Shown here one piece after another: positions 19,301-28,400 of a stretch of 64,000 nt of DNA. The number at the start of each line of letters is the position of its first letter. The stretch's first letter is position 1. The notes under the pieces were generated by a model, which saw only the letters and a list, made by a program, of their open reading frames with translations, made no database searches and was not told the DNA's origin. The translations under genes and the position numbers were made by a program. Origin of the DNA: an uncultured bacterium (GTDB taxonomy: Bacteria; Oederibacteriota; JAAXVQ01; JAUVAV01); NCBI GenBank assembly GCA_963710755.1, contig CAVQBK010000013.1, forward strand, positions 224,001-288,000. The letters are read 5' to 3'.

Positions 19301-20045
19301 CTGGGCCGGTGCCGATTTTTTCGGTCATCAGATTTTCCCATTGGGACAAGATGGCGCCGGTTTTAGCATTAATAATGGTAAAGGGACGTGTAGGTGAGGG
19401 GTGACTCTTGGTCACAGCGAAAAAGGAGACCACATAGGCCAGGTGCGGGTAATCCGCTTCATCACAGTAAATGACCAGTTTCGCTTTTTCATTGTGATAG
19501 CTTAAGGCATCCGTGGTGCCAAGCTTTTTATTGATCAATCCTTGAACCTGGGCTTTGACCAGGGTTAAGGCTTGGGTTGAACTAATGGCCGGCGTCACAT
19601 CCGGCAAGGCTTGGGTTAAGCCCTCTATCATTGTCCCCCGCGCTTTGAATCGACCGCCTCCTTGCACCATAATCACTTGTTCACCCCAAATGGGGATGCC
19701 TTTATAGGTTTGGCGGTAGCGGCTGTAACTTTTATGCTGCCATTGCTCGTCAGGGCGGAGACGGGTTAATTCATTGTTCGCATCAAGCGTGACCGCAGCA
19801 GCCGAAATGACGCCTGCGGCTTTAACTTGCGGATTGGTTTGTAATTGTTTGCTTTTATTTAAATGTTGCCGTAAATTGATGCGCTTAATGGTTTTGCCCG
19901 CCGTTCGGGCGGCAGCGCGAACGGGCTTGAGTTGTTCAATATAGTTCAGATCATTTTTTCGTAAGGCAAAGCTGTTGGATGCAATTAATATAATGGACAT
20001 GCCCAAAAAAACCAGACACATCAACCCCGCAAAGTAACGATTCAT
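16341..20045 (-). CDS. Secreted M4 (thermolysin/vibriolysin-like) zinc metalloprotease with PPC-like domain, FG-GAP propeller, Thr/Pro linker and T9SS-type-A-like C-terminal domain
   Basis: Signal peptide, FTP/PepSY propeptide (RYRQTYKGIPIWG), GTGPGGNEKTG, NAYWDG, HEASH, GGINESFSD, VHYSSG, repeated FG..V....VGAP units, TPTATITPT linker and AFPNPA...PGIYLY...KVAIIK. Confidence 0.92.
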   Translation of the reverse strand: MNRYFAGLMCLVFLGMSIILIASNSFALRKNDLNYIEQLKPVRAAARTAGKTIKRINLRQHLNKSKQLQTNPQVKAAGVISAAAVTLDANNELTRLRPDEQWQHKSYSRYRQTYKGIPIWGEQVIMVQGGGRFKARGTMIEGLTQALPDVTPAISSTQALTLVKAQVQGLINKKLGTTDALSYHNEKAKLVIYCDEADYPHLAYVVSFFAVTKSHPSPTRPFTIINAKTGAILSQWENLMTEKIGTGPGGNEKTGQYEYGNDRDHLDIKIIDVTSTLATDQVKTFNVDHDYSFDTSKPGYSFLGTRNTFQFINGAYAPLNDAHYFGTKIYEMYQTWFNTTPVEGKLYLGVHLLIDYENAYWDGKKLNFGDGHKQFYPLISLDVVAHEASHGFTQRYSDLWYSGQSGGINESFSDMAGEAAKYYVFGQTDFLVGADIVKSGQALRYMADPPRDGQSIDHVAEYHDAMNVHYSSGIYNKVFYLISTSPGWDVKKAFDIFLRANQYYWTEYTDFREGALGVLEATADLGYSTPAVVQAFSQAGIYLADSYLGLLQPNGRQDYAYGSYDIKWADEDPKADAAISLYYDNDNQGQDGTLIVSGLSENDENDHYLWDVSTVPPGQYYIYVVMDNQIDAPRVSYSTGPVTVVSADAYESDNDAGQASVISLNGSQSNHNLVPAGDVDWIKFTVDQLPIKITAKISTLQMGGKIMAQLYDAELNDALIETGQYTDYKNVNLVATFDQGGDYYLKIYTPDSSAVLNYNLEMSTEPIVSNKLYGKNGHTSMFGSVVTLSNQYLVVSEHEGFRQHLFINDGNRWRQQHVFDGANGYNYASVTIHEDHIMLAEFIYAKNDTSWIEEARLTQDDPGGPGAFGAAVALNDTYAFVGAPEHSFQDNPKPGAVYVYKKSGSQWLFHSKLGSSDGQFGDAFGTSMVLSGNRLIVGAPGHDDYMKGRLYVFELNADQWSETAKLNANDDSYHFGSLVDCDQDRMVVKSNQKVYIYEYQNSHWVLIKTIVAKDIESIAIDGDHVLLGNPSHHYSKGIAYLYQYSNGQWLHYADLEASDGDAGVPMGAFGDSFGSAVDLVGNDLVIGADYDSDIAFAGGSAYAYDLDQISPSTPTATITPTITTTPTQVPSTTLTYTPTYSYFTHLKGKHIIAFPNPAKDQVTIAWDEPGCDKAMVRFYNMHGDLIATIEENHPAQALTWSSSRVAPGIYLYQLILYKQNKGYPQKIGKVAIIK

Positions 20046-20174
20046 CGACAAGCCCCCTATTCTTTTTAATCCCTCCTCAATCAAAATCAAATTTTACCAT
20101 AGATAATGATTAAAAATCCCAAGAATAGAGGTCATGTCTCAGCAAATGATAAAATGCCGGGTTGGGGAAAAAAC

Positions 20175-21377
20175 CTATTTTCTCAGCGCTTCCGCCGGCG
20201 CCAGTTTGCGTGCATACCGGGCCGGGATCATGGCCGCCAAGGCCGGCACCACGATGGAAAGCAGAATGGCCAAAAGCATGGCTACCCAGGATAAGCTGGG
20301 ATGAAGCACATATTCCACGGGCATCTCGACCCCTGACAGAAAAGCCTCCAAGTTGACGCCGGTAAGCGTAAAGATGCCTACAATGCCATAGCCAAGTAGT
20401 GCGCCCGGAATACCGCCGGCCGCGCCAATAAAGGCACCTTCCAGGGTGAAGTTAAGGAAAAGCTGGCGATCAGTAAACCCAAGGGCTTTGAGGGTACCGA
20501 TTTCATGGAGCCGTTCGAAAATAGCCATCATCATGGTATTGATCACAATAAAGGAAGCTAAAAAGAGGATCAGGGCTTCGATGAAAAGATAAATAATTTT
20601 CATGCTGGCCATGGTGGAATAAAAGCTGCCCAATTGCTGGCGATAAGTCAGCGCCACTGTCCCCGGCGGCAGCAAGGACCTGACACGGGCGGCCACGGGC
20701 TCGGTGAGCGCTTCCTTGTCCGTGAAAACGTAGAGTTCGGTCGTCCCTTGATGAATTTTAAGCAGTCGTTTGGCCTCGGTCAGGGGTATGAAAAACACTT
20801 TCTTGTTATAAAGACTTACACCAAAATTAAAAATGCCCTTGATGGGTAATTTAATGCCATTGAGCCCGCCTTCCGAGGTTTTGGTGGCCAGCAGCAGCTC
20901 CTGGCCCAGATCGACGTTCAACTGTTTGGCCAGGTCTTTGCCAATGTAAATGCCGTCACCGGCCAGGCTGCCTTTAATGATTTTATCTTTAAGATCCAAC
21001 TGCGAACGCTGTAAATCCAGACCCATGCCCAAAGCATTAACCGTGGATTCCTTATGCCCCAAGAGTATTCCAAAGCGAATCCTTTCTTCCACCGCCTTAA
21101 CCCCCGGCAGGACTTGCACCTTGGCTTTGAGGGCCTCGGCCTGGGGGATCAAAGTATCCACCGGCATAAACCGTTCCCGGTCATGGAAATCCCCGGTCGT
21201 AATACGAATATTTCCGGTTTGATACACAATATAATTTTGCATATACATATCCACCAAGCCGTTGATCCAACCTTGGGCCAGTCCCACAATCAGCGCGGCC
21301 ACCAAAACCCCCAGAGCGGTTAAAAAACTCCTGCGCCGGTTACGCAATACATTTCTCAAAGCGAATTTGATAAGCAT
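20175..21377 (-). CDS. FtsX/MacB/LolC-E-type ABC permease
   Basis: ALRNVLRNRRRS, large periplasmic loop, ERLHEIGTLKALG and PARYARKLAPAEALR. Confidence 0.92.
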   Translation of the reverse strand: MLIKFALRNVLRNRRRSFLTALGVLVAALIVGLAQGWINGLVDMYMQNYIVYQTGNIRITTGDFHDRERFMPVDTLIPQAEALKAKVQVLPGVKAVEERIRFGILLGHKESTVNALGMGLDLQRSQLDLKDKIIKGSLAGDGIYIGKDLAKQLNVDLGQELLLATKTSEGGLNGIKLPIKGIFNFGVSLYNKKVFFIPLTEAKRLLKIHQGTTELYVFTDKEALTEPVAARVRSLLPPGTVALTYRQQLGSFYSTMASMKIIYLFIEALILFLASFIVINTMMMAIFERLHEIGTLKALGFTDRQLFLNFTLEGAFIGAAGGIPGALLGYGIVGIFTLTGVNLEAFLSGVEMPVEYVLHPSLSWVAMLLAILLSIVVPALAAMIPARYARKLAPAEALRK

Positions 21378-21389
21378 CGGTTCACTCCT

Positions 21390-22610
21390 TTATTGAACAG
21401 TACGTAAACACTCCATGGCTTCCATCTTGGTCACTTTTTTTGCAGGATAGTAACTGGCGGCCAAACTGGCGACCAACGTAAACACCATAGCATTGATATA
21501 GGCCCCTGCCACCCAGGTGGACTTCATCACCCCCATGATAGGCACGCCGAAATCCTGATCCCCCAGCATGGCCGTGAGGTCAATGCCCACAAAAGCAAAG
21601 TACGCATTGAACAGGGTTCCCAGCACCAGACCGGCGATACCACCGGCAATGCCGATGAAAGCGCCTTCCATTAGAAATAAGTTTTGGACCTGACGGTTGG
21701 TAAACCCCAGGGCTTTCATGGTACCGATCTCCCGCTTTTTCTCATACACCGACATGAGCATGGTGTTTACAATGCCCACCACGGCAATCACCATAATCAT
21801 GAGCACCAGAATATTTTGGAATTTCCGTTTCATAGCCATCATGGACCGGAAATCTTCCGACAAGGTCTGCCAGCTGTAGACTTTGGTTCCAAGACCTGCA
21901 AGCGCCTGCTTGATCTGCGGCTCATAAGCGGCCACCTTGAAAAAATCATCGGTTTTGATTGATATCTCGGTAACATCGGTGGTGTTCATCAATTGCCGGG
22001 CCTGGTCCAGATTCAAATAGACCGTGGAAGAATTGACCTGGGGATTGGCCGATAAAATGATGCCGGTCACCGGGAAATCCTGAGAGGTCAACATGCCCTG
22101 TTGAGTGCGAAACGTCAGGTACACCCAGTCGCCCACGTCTACTCCCAAGTCCTTGGCCAAGGATTTTCCGAGCACCACGCCGTCTGTTTCCAGCTGACCT
22201 TGAACAATATAACGTTTCAGGTCAAAGACTTGCTCATCCTGTGGCCCAATGCCCACGGCCACCACAGGCAGGGTGTCCCGGCTATTGTCCAATTCGCCTA
22301 AAAAAGCCAGACGTTCGGTCATGCCCGTCACAAAAGGCAGGGTTTTCAGTTTGTCCATAATGGCTTGGGGATTAGTGATGTAATGGTTCGGTTCATAGGG
22401 GGCGTCTTCGTCAAAGGTCGCGCTGCGAATCTTGTAGTGCCCGGTCTCAAAATCAATGATGTTTTTGATGGAATCCTGGTCCAACCCGACCATGAGGCAG
22501 GCAAAGAGAATGTAAATACCTACCCCAAAAGAAAGGATAAGGAACGTGAGAATGGTCCTGCGCTTGGCGCGCAGGATATTTTTCACGGCCAGTTTGAAGA
22601 GGTAACTCAT
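21390..22610 (-). CDS. FtsX/MacB/LolC-E-type ABC permease
   Basis: AVKNILRAKRRT, EKKREIGTMKALG and YPAKKVTKME. Confidence 0.92.
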   Translation of the reverse strand: MSYLFKLAVKNILRAKRRTILTFLILSFGVGIYILFACLMVGLDQDSIKNIIDFETGHYKIRSATFDEDAPYEPNHYITNPQAIMDKLKTLPFVTGMTERLAFLGELDNSRDTLPVVAVGIGPQDEQVFDLKRYIVQGQLETDGVVLGKSLAKDLGVDVGDWVYLTFRTQQGMLTSQDFPVTGIILSANPQVNSSTVYLNLDQARQLMNTTDVTEISIKTDDFFKVAAYEPQIKQALAGLGTKVYSWQTLSEDFRSMMAMKRKFQNILVLMIMVIAVVGIVNTMLMSVYEKKREIGTMKALGFTNRQVQNLFLMEGAFIGIAGGIAGLVLGTLFNAYFAFVGIDLTAMLGDQDFGVPIMGVMKSTWVAGAYINAMVFTLVASLAASYYPAKKVTKMEAMECLRTVQ

Positions 22611-23278
22611 GCCTCGATCCTCCCATCCCGGATTTTGACCAGCCGCCGGGCATGCTTCATGATCAATTGATCGTGGGTGGAAAAAACAAAGGTCACCTGG
22701 TCCTTGGTATTGAGTTCCTTCATCAGGTCTACAATACCCTCTCCGGTTTTGGAATCGAGGTTGGCGGTCGGTTCATCGGCCAGTACCATCTTGGGATTTT
22801 TCACCAGCGCCCTGGCAATGGACACACGTTGCTGCTGCCCTCCTGAGAGTTCCAAAGGAAGCCGGTTGCCCAGGCCCTTTAACCCCACTCGCTGGAGCAT
22901 GGTCATGACCTGCTGTTTAATTTCTTCTTGGTTATGTTTTTTCAGGAGCTTAAGGGGCATCTCCACATTTTCATACACGGTCAGTACGGGAATCAAATTG
23001 TAGGTCTGAAAAATAAACCCAAAATAGTCCTTTCGGAGCCGGGCCAATTCATCAGGATCCTTGCCCATCAATTCCGTGCCGTCTAGGGTGATTTGCCCGT
23101 TATCCGCTTTGTCAATGGTCCCAATGCAATTGAGCAGCGTGGTTTTACCCGACCCCGAAGGTCCGGCAATGGCGGTAAATTCTCCGGCCGCGATGGAAAC
23201 CGAAATGTCGGTGAGCGCCTGAAAAGGCACTTTCCCCGAATAGTAGGTTTTATTGAGATTTTTGACATCCAAAAGCAT
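22607..23278 (-). CDS. LolD-like ABC ATP-binding protein
   Basis: GPSGSGKT, LSGGQQQRV, ADEPTANLD and STHD. GGAGG RBS before ATG 23278. Confidence 0.95.
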   Translation of the reverse strand: MLLDVKNLNKTYYSGKVPFQALTDISVSIAAGEFTAIAGPSGSGKTTLLNCIGTIDKADNGQITLDGTELMGKDPDELARLRKDYFGFIFQTYNLIPVLTVYENVEMPLKLLKKHNQEEIKQQVMTMLQRVGLKGLGNRLPLELSGGQQQRVSIARALVKNPKMVLADEPTANLDSKTGEGIVDLMKELNTKDQVTFVFSTHDQLIMKHARRLVKIRDGRIEA

Positions 23279-23336
23279 GTTCGCGTCCTCCTGTGTCAAG
23301 GTCACCGCCAGGCCTGCAAGCAAGGCAGCATAGGAA

Positions 23337-24419
23337 TTACAATTTGGCCTCCACTTTGACCAGCCCTACGGCGTGGCCGTAAAGGTCTCTGCTGTACTGG
23401 CTGTGGCCCACGCCGGTGGGCAAAATTAATTGAGCGCTCAGGTTCAGACCATTGGCCAGAATCACCGTTCCCATGGGCATAAGCAAGCTGCTGTGGTCTT
23501 GCAGATTGATAAAGGCATCCACCTGCCAGGTGGAAAATTCATCGGGCTGGTAAGTAACATTGGCGTACATATAAAACTTGTTGGGAAAAGCCTCAGTCTG
23601 CAAACTTGACTCCAGGGAGAAAAACGAAGTTGTGGTCCGGCTCAACCCCAGCCCCTGCCCATTGTAATAACCCTGTACCGTGGTCAAAAGCCGTCCCTCA
23701 AAAAAACTGTAATCCGCGCCCAACACCACCTCGGAATAAGCCCAGGTCCCGCTGTCATTGACATGCCAGGCCCAACTGCCCTGAAGGCCAACTTCGGCAT
23801 CGCCCTTGAAATAAAGGCCGGCGCAATTGTCATTCTGATTGAGCCGGTCGGCCACAATGCCCACGTCAAAGGTTTGCACATGGGTATACAGGCTGCCCCC
23901 AAAAGCTGCCGAGGTCCCCCGGGCTTCAGGACTGACAAAGATCTTCCCCCCTGAAAGGTCGCCCCAGGCAAAGTCATAAGCCACAGCGATCAGACCGGCC
24001 TTGGTGTAACTCAGATCAGTGACCGTCAGGCTCCGGTCCAGTTCAAAAGGATTGAACACGCCTATATTGCCGAAGTTGATATAAGTTTTACCGACCGTCA
24101 GATCGCCCACGCCGGTGTAATATTTAATGAAAGCCCTGAGCAGGTTGACACTGAGTAAACTGTTGCCGTCCAAGGGACCGGTGGTTTCTTGAAAATAAGT
24201 GCTGGTATACAGATTGGCCCGCAAGTCACTGTAAAACTTCCAGTTTTCGGCTTTTCGTTGCAGCACCAATTGGTTTTCCAGAATATTGATATAGGTGATA
24301 TTTTGCTCATGACTCCAAAACAAACTGTCATTGCGTACGGTGCCGCTCAATTCCAGATCGGCCGCCACCAGTCCGGGCCACAAAAGCAATACTGTGAGTA
24401 TGTAGTTGAACTTGGCCAT
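23337..24419 (-). CDS. Putative outer-membrane beta-barrel protein of the ABC/LolA-like operon
   Basis: Signal peptide, alternating beta-strand pattern, LTVGKTYINFG...FNPFE motif and terminal VKVEAKL. Confidence 0.65.
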   Translation of the reverse strand: MAKFNYILTVLLLWPGLVAADLELSGTVRNDSLFWSHEQNITYINILENQLVLQRKAENWKFYSDLRANLYTSTYFQETTGPLDGNSLLSVNLLRAFIKYYTGVGDLTVGKTYINFGNIGVFNPFELDRSLTVTDLSYTKAGLIAVAYDFAWGDLSGGKIFVSPEARGTSAAFGGSLYTHVQTFDVGIVADRLNQNDNCAGLYFKGDAEVGLQGSWAWHVNDSGTWAYSEVVLGADYSFFEGRLLTTVQGYYNGQGLGLSRTTTSFFSLESSLQTEAFPNKFYMYANVTYQPDEFSTWQVDAFINLQDHSSLLMPMGTVILANGLNLSAQLILPTGVGHSQYSRDLYGHAVGLVKVEAKL

Positions 24420-24500
24420 AAGCCATCCATCCTTGATTATCCTTAGCTTAGTCTTTATTTGCGTCTTGCCGTGAAGTAGCTTTTTTCCAGCGCTGCCAGT

Positions 24501-25242
24501 TTAGCGTTTTAAATATCCCCTGGTAAACACCTTGTCCGGTACGGGCTGATCGAACACCAACTCTTCAAAAGCAAAACTGGTCTTGGAATCTCTTTTACGT
24601 TTGTCCTGAATGGTGCCTTCCGTGGCCACCCAACGGCTGCCTATCTTCTTGACAGCGCGTTGCGTCATAACCTTAATCAACCGGCCGCCCCGGGCAAACA
24701 TCTCCACCTTAAGCGGCACAAACCGTTCCTGGTCCACATATAAAATCTGGCCGCGCATAAGTGACATCAGGAACCTTGGCATCCAGTTGCAGCACATAAC
24801 AGGCGCGCCCGTCAATCTCCTGATCCGGTTGCAGCGTACTCTTGTATTTTTCCTCAAGTTTATCATTCTCCAGCATGTCTTCGTAGGACAGGTCACTGCC
24901 CATCATGCCCTGGCGCAGCATGTGGCCTGAAATTTTCATCACATCATCAGCATCAGGAAAATAGATCCACAGTTCGTCCTTGATTTTCAAGTATTTCACG
25001 CCCTTATCCTCGGGGTTGGTAAATTCCATGAAGGACCGGTCGCCTTCTTTTTTTCCATAGCCAAAAAAAGTTTTGACCAACGTAATCCGGCCTTTGGCAA
25101 TGGTCATGGTAGCTTTAAAAGACTCGGTGGTATACACCTGGTTCTGGTCCACTTTTTCAATAATAGCTTTTGCCGTGGGCGCAGCCCAGGTAAACGCCGG
25201 CAGTCCCACCAGGGCCAGTGCCAATAGTTTCCAAACACGCAT
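24501..25242 (-). pseudogene. LolA-like 'outer membrane lipoprotein-sorting protein', split by a +1 frameshift (true pseudogene or assembly error)
   Basis: The N-half (FTNPEDKGVKYLK, MMGSDLSYEDM, PDVTYAR) and the C-half (QILYVDQERFVP...VFTRGYLKR) join if one base is removed from GCGCGGCCAG at about 24750. 742 nt = 247 codons + 1. Confidence 0.85.
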
Positions 25243-25280
25243 AAGGATGTCCTCCTCCTTGGAGTTGCAAACAAAGGTTT

Positions 25281-25309
25281 ATTATGTTTTTTTTACTTAT
25301 ATAAGTCAA
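25281..25309 (-). promoter_or_regulatory. sigma70 promoter with overlapping palindromic operator for the LolA-like/ABC operon
   Basis: TTGACT-N17-CATAAT, with palindrome ACTTATATAAGT (25295-25306) overlapping the -35 box. Confidence 0.55.
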
Positions 25310-25403
25310 AACTATTTTAGGTTAACGGCCAGAGCTGGCAAGACCGCAGGATAGGCCACCTGAAGTCATCCGGTGACACACCCCGGGAATAAATGAAAAG
25401 GCC

Positions 25404-28400
25404 TTAAGCCGCCTGTCCCAGGCCACGAATAAAAACAGGACGCCTAGGCCATTGACGATGTTCTTTTCCGGCAGGAAACCTTATGAGGAAGTAACGGTAG
25501 GCGGCATAAGCAGTTAAGCGTTCAAGCCATGTCAAGACAGACCGGTCTGGACGTTGTTCCTGGTATGCGTTCAATTGCCGAGCCAAATGATAAGGTAAAT
25601 AAAGTGTGACTATTTGTCCCTGCCTTACCAGCCATTGCCCCTGGCGCAGACCCAACCCATAGGTCCAGGGCCCGACCGAGGCGGGTAAGGCCATGAGGCG
25701 CACCTGCTTAACTTTCAACAGGTTGCGCCACAACAACTCATCCTGATTAGCTAAAGCGGCAAGCAAGGTCAGTTGATCGCCGTCCGATAAATGGACGGTT
25801 GCTTTTAACGGTGGCGTTGTGACAGAAAGACGGCGCCTGGCAAGGATAGCCTTGATCAGCAGCCCAGCCAGGGACCAAGCTGAAGCCTGCTTTTGGGGTT
25901 TCACCAAAGAGGCTGGCATGTCCATGTTGGGTCCAAAGCGCAATGCCCAAGGTGAGAAAGAGGTTAGCTGTTCAGCTTTAGCTCTGGCCTGGTTTAGGCG
26001 GCGTGATTCCCCTTGGTAATTGACCAGCCCATGAATGATATAAGCTAATGGTATCACCATCAGCAAAGGCAATAGATGCGCCACGGTGACCATCGCCGTA
26101 ATCCGGGCTGCGACCTTGAGGTTGGCCTGGGGAGTGTGGCGGTCCAGATGGGCGCTGGCATACAATCCCAGCCAACCGGTTGCACTAAGCGCCTTGGCCC
26201 AGGAACCGCCGATGGTGGTCAGACTGTCCCACAGCAGCATAAGATCGCCGGAGCTTATCCATGTGGTCAACGCCAAACCAGCCAGAATGGCCAGCCACAC
26301 ATAGGTGGTCTCAATCCAGTGAGCACGTTGTTCAAAATCAGTCCAATGGTAATGGTCATTGGACAAACGAAGCAGATGAGCTCTGACCCAATGATGAACC
26401 TTAAACCACAGATAAGAAGCTCCCCGGGGCCGCGTCGGCGCCAGACTGGTTTGCCTAATGGCTTGACTGTAAGGATTGTCCTGGGCTTCAGGCTGGTCCG
26501 GATCCATGAGCAGGGCTTCCGCCAAACGTTGTAAATCCCATCCAAGGATCGCCTTATATTTTTGAAACAGCGGTTCCAGTATTTCGGTCTGTACTTCCCT
26601 GATAACAGCTTTATCTGCATCTCCATTAGTCAGGGCTTGAGCATAAGCCTTGCGATAGGATTCCAGCGTCCCGCTGTTCCTGGACCAGGTCAGCAGCACC
26701 CCTGCGGCGTAGGCCACAGCCGCTTGGCGCAGGTCGTGATTTTTCTGCCACAAAAGCCAGGCCAGCTTGACTCCTGTTCGCCGGGCTTTGGCCTGGGAAG
26801 CAAATCGCGGTTGTTGAACCCTGAGCTTATCCCAAGCCTGACTGAGTATATTTTCGAAAACCGTTAGTTCATGCTTCACCAATGCCTCATCGGAGAAAGA
26901 TTGGCCTGTAGGCAACCCATGGGGCGGAATGGTTTCTTCCAGCAGATCAATGATCCGATTTTGATCACCTCGCAGCCTGGTGGCCGAAGCGTAAGTAAAA
27001 AACAACCCTGCCAGGCTTTGAGGAAAAAGCACGTGAGGAATGTTTATGTGTGGGGCCGTTTGCCTGGAAAAATCAAACAGCACTTCCGGCACACGAAGAC
27101 GGCTATACAAGTCCGCATCCATTTTGCCGATATTACTGAGGATTAAGGTCCGGTTGTCCTCAGCATAAAAAGCGGAGAAGCGGGCAACCGATCGGCCATC
27201 TTCTGTACGCACGTCATACCAAACATCAGCGTCTTGAATTGGTCTTCGTTCCAGCACCAGTTTAACCGATTGGTCAAAGCGGCTCTTAATCTCAATATGC
27301 TGATCCCCGAAACGACCTGACACCCAGGAAGCGTCTTCATAAAATTGGGTAAGATAGGCTTTCATCGCACGACGCAGCCCATTTAAGCCCGATAGGTCCA
27401 AGGACGATCGGGCAGCATCTGATCGACGACCTTGTTTCCAATTCAGCCAGGGCCCAATAGCCAACAACCCGGCCCACAAAGTCAACGTTAGAGAACTTGT
27501 GCCCGCCAAACTGAAAATCATGCCTGCCATTCCAATATTTACCAAAGCCAACCTGGTGGCCCTTTTGGCATTGGCATAGGCCTGAGCTTTTTGTTCCGGG
27601 GTTAGGGATGATGGCATCACCCAATGGAAAAAAGCAAAGGCTGTCCAATAAAGCAGCACGCCCAGGCTCATGGGCAACAAACTGCCGTTCGTGAGATACT
27701 GAGCCGCGCCAAAAAGACCGATGCCCCATAGGGGCCAGCTTTCCACCCTCCAGGCGGTGGGAAAATAATCCGCGCCCTGGCGGCCTTGCCACCATTGACC
27801 GAACCTGGTCTGCATCAGCCTCTGGTTCCAAAGAATTAACATGGGAATAGCACCGGCTTCCTGCCACACCAAATCAGGCAGGCCCACCACGCCTGGCCCT
27901 TCTTTGTCTCCGGCAGGGGGCTGATAGACAAAAGCTTTTCTTTTATAGGCTTGACTATACTGATACAGCCTTGCCTGATGGGCTTCATCAGGTAAGGCTG
28001 TAGCCGTGGTCTTAAGCCACATCACTTGGTATGGCTTAAGCGTGATAATCAGTTGGTTGTTTTTAAGATCGATTCTTTTTCTACTTAAGAGGTCGTGAAA
28101 TGTCTGGCCCATGCGGGACACTTGATTCAAAGGCACCCTGACCTGCTGAGGCTGGTCGCTGACATTGAGCAAGTCTACAATAAAATCCATGCCATCCGGT
28201 GATTCGTAAAACCTGCACAGCACGGCATCATTATGGGCATCGAGCACCACTACCGGCGGGCCATTGGGATCAAAGGCATTTTCCCGGGCACGCACCGCAA
28301 AAAGCTTCTCCTTGGCCTGGTTGATCAACCCCATTCTGTCACGCCTTTTATCCAACTGACGGTGAAACGACCTCAGCTGCGCGGTGAGCCCAGGACTGAT

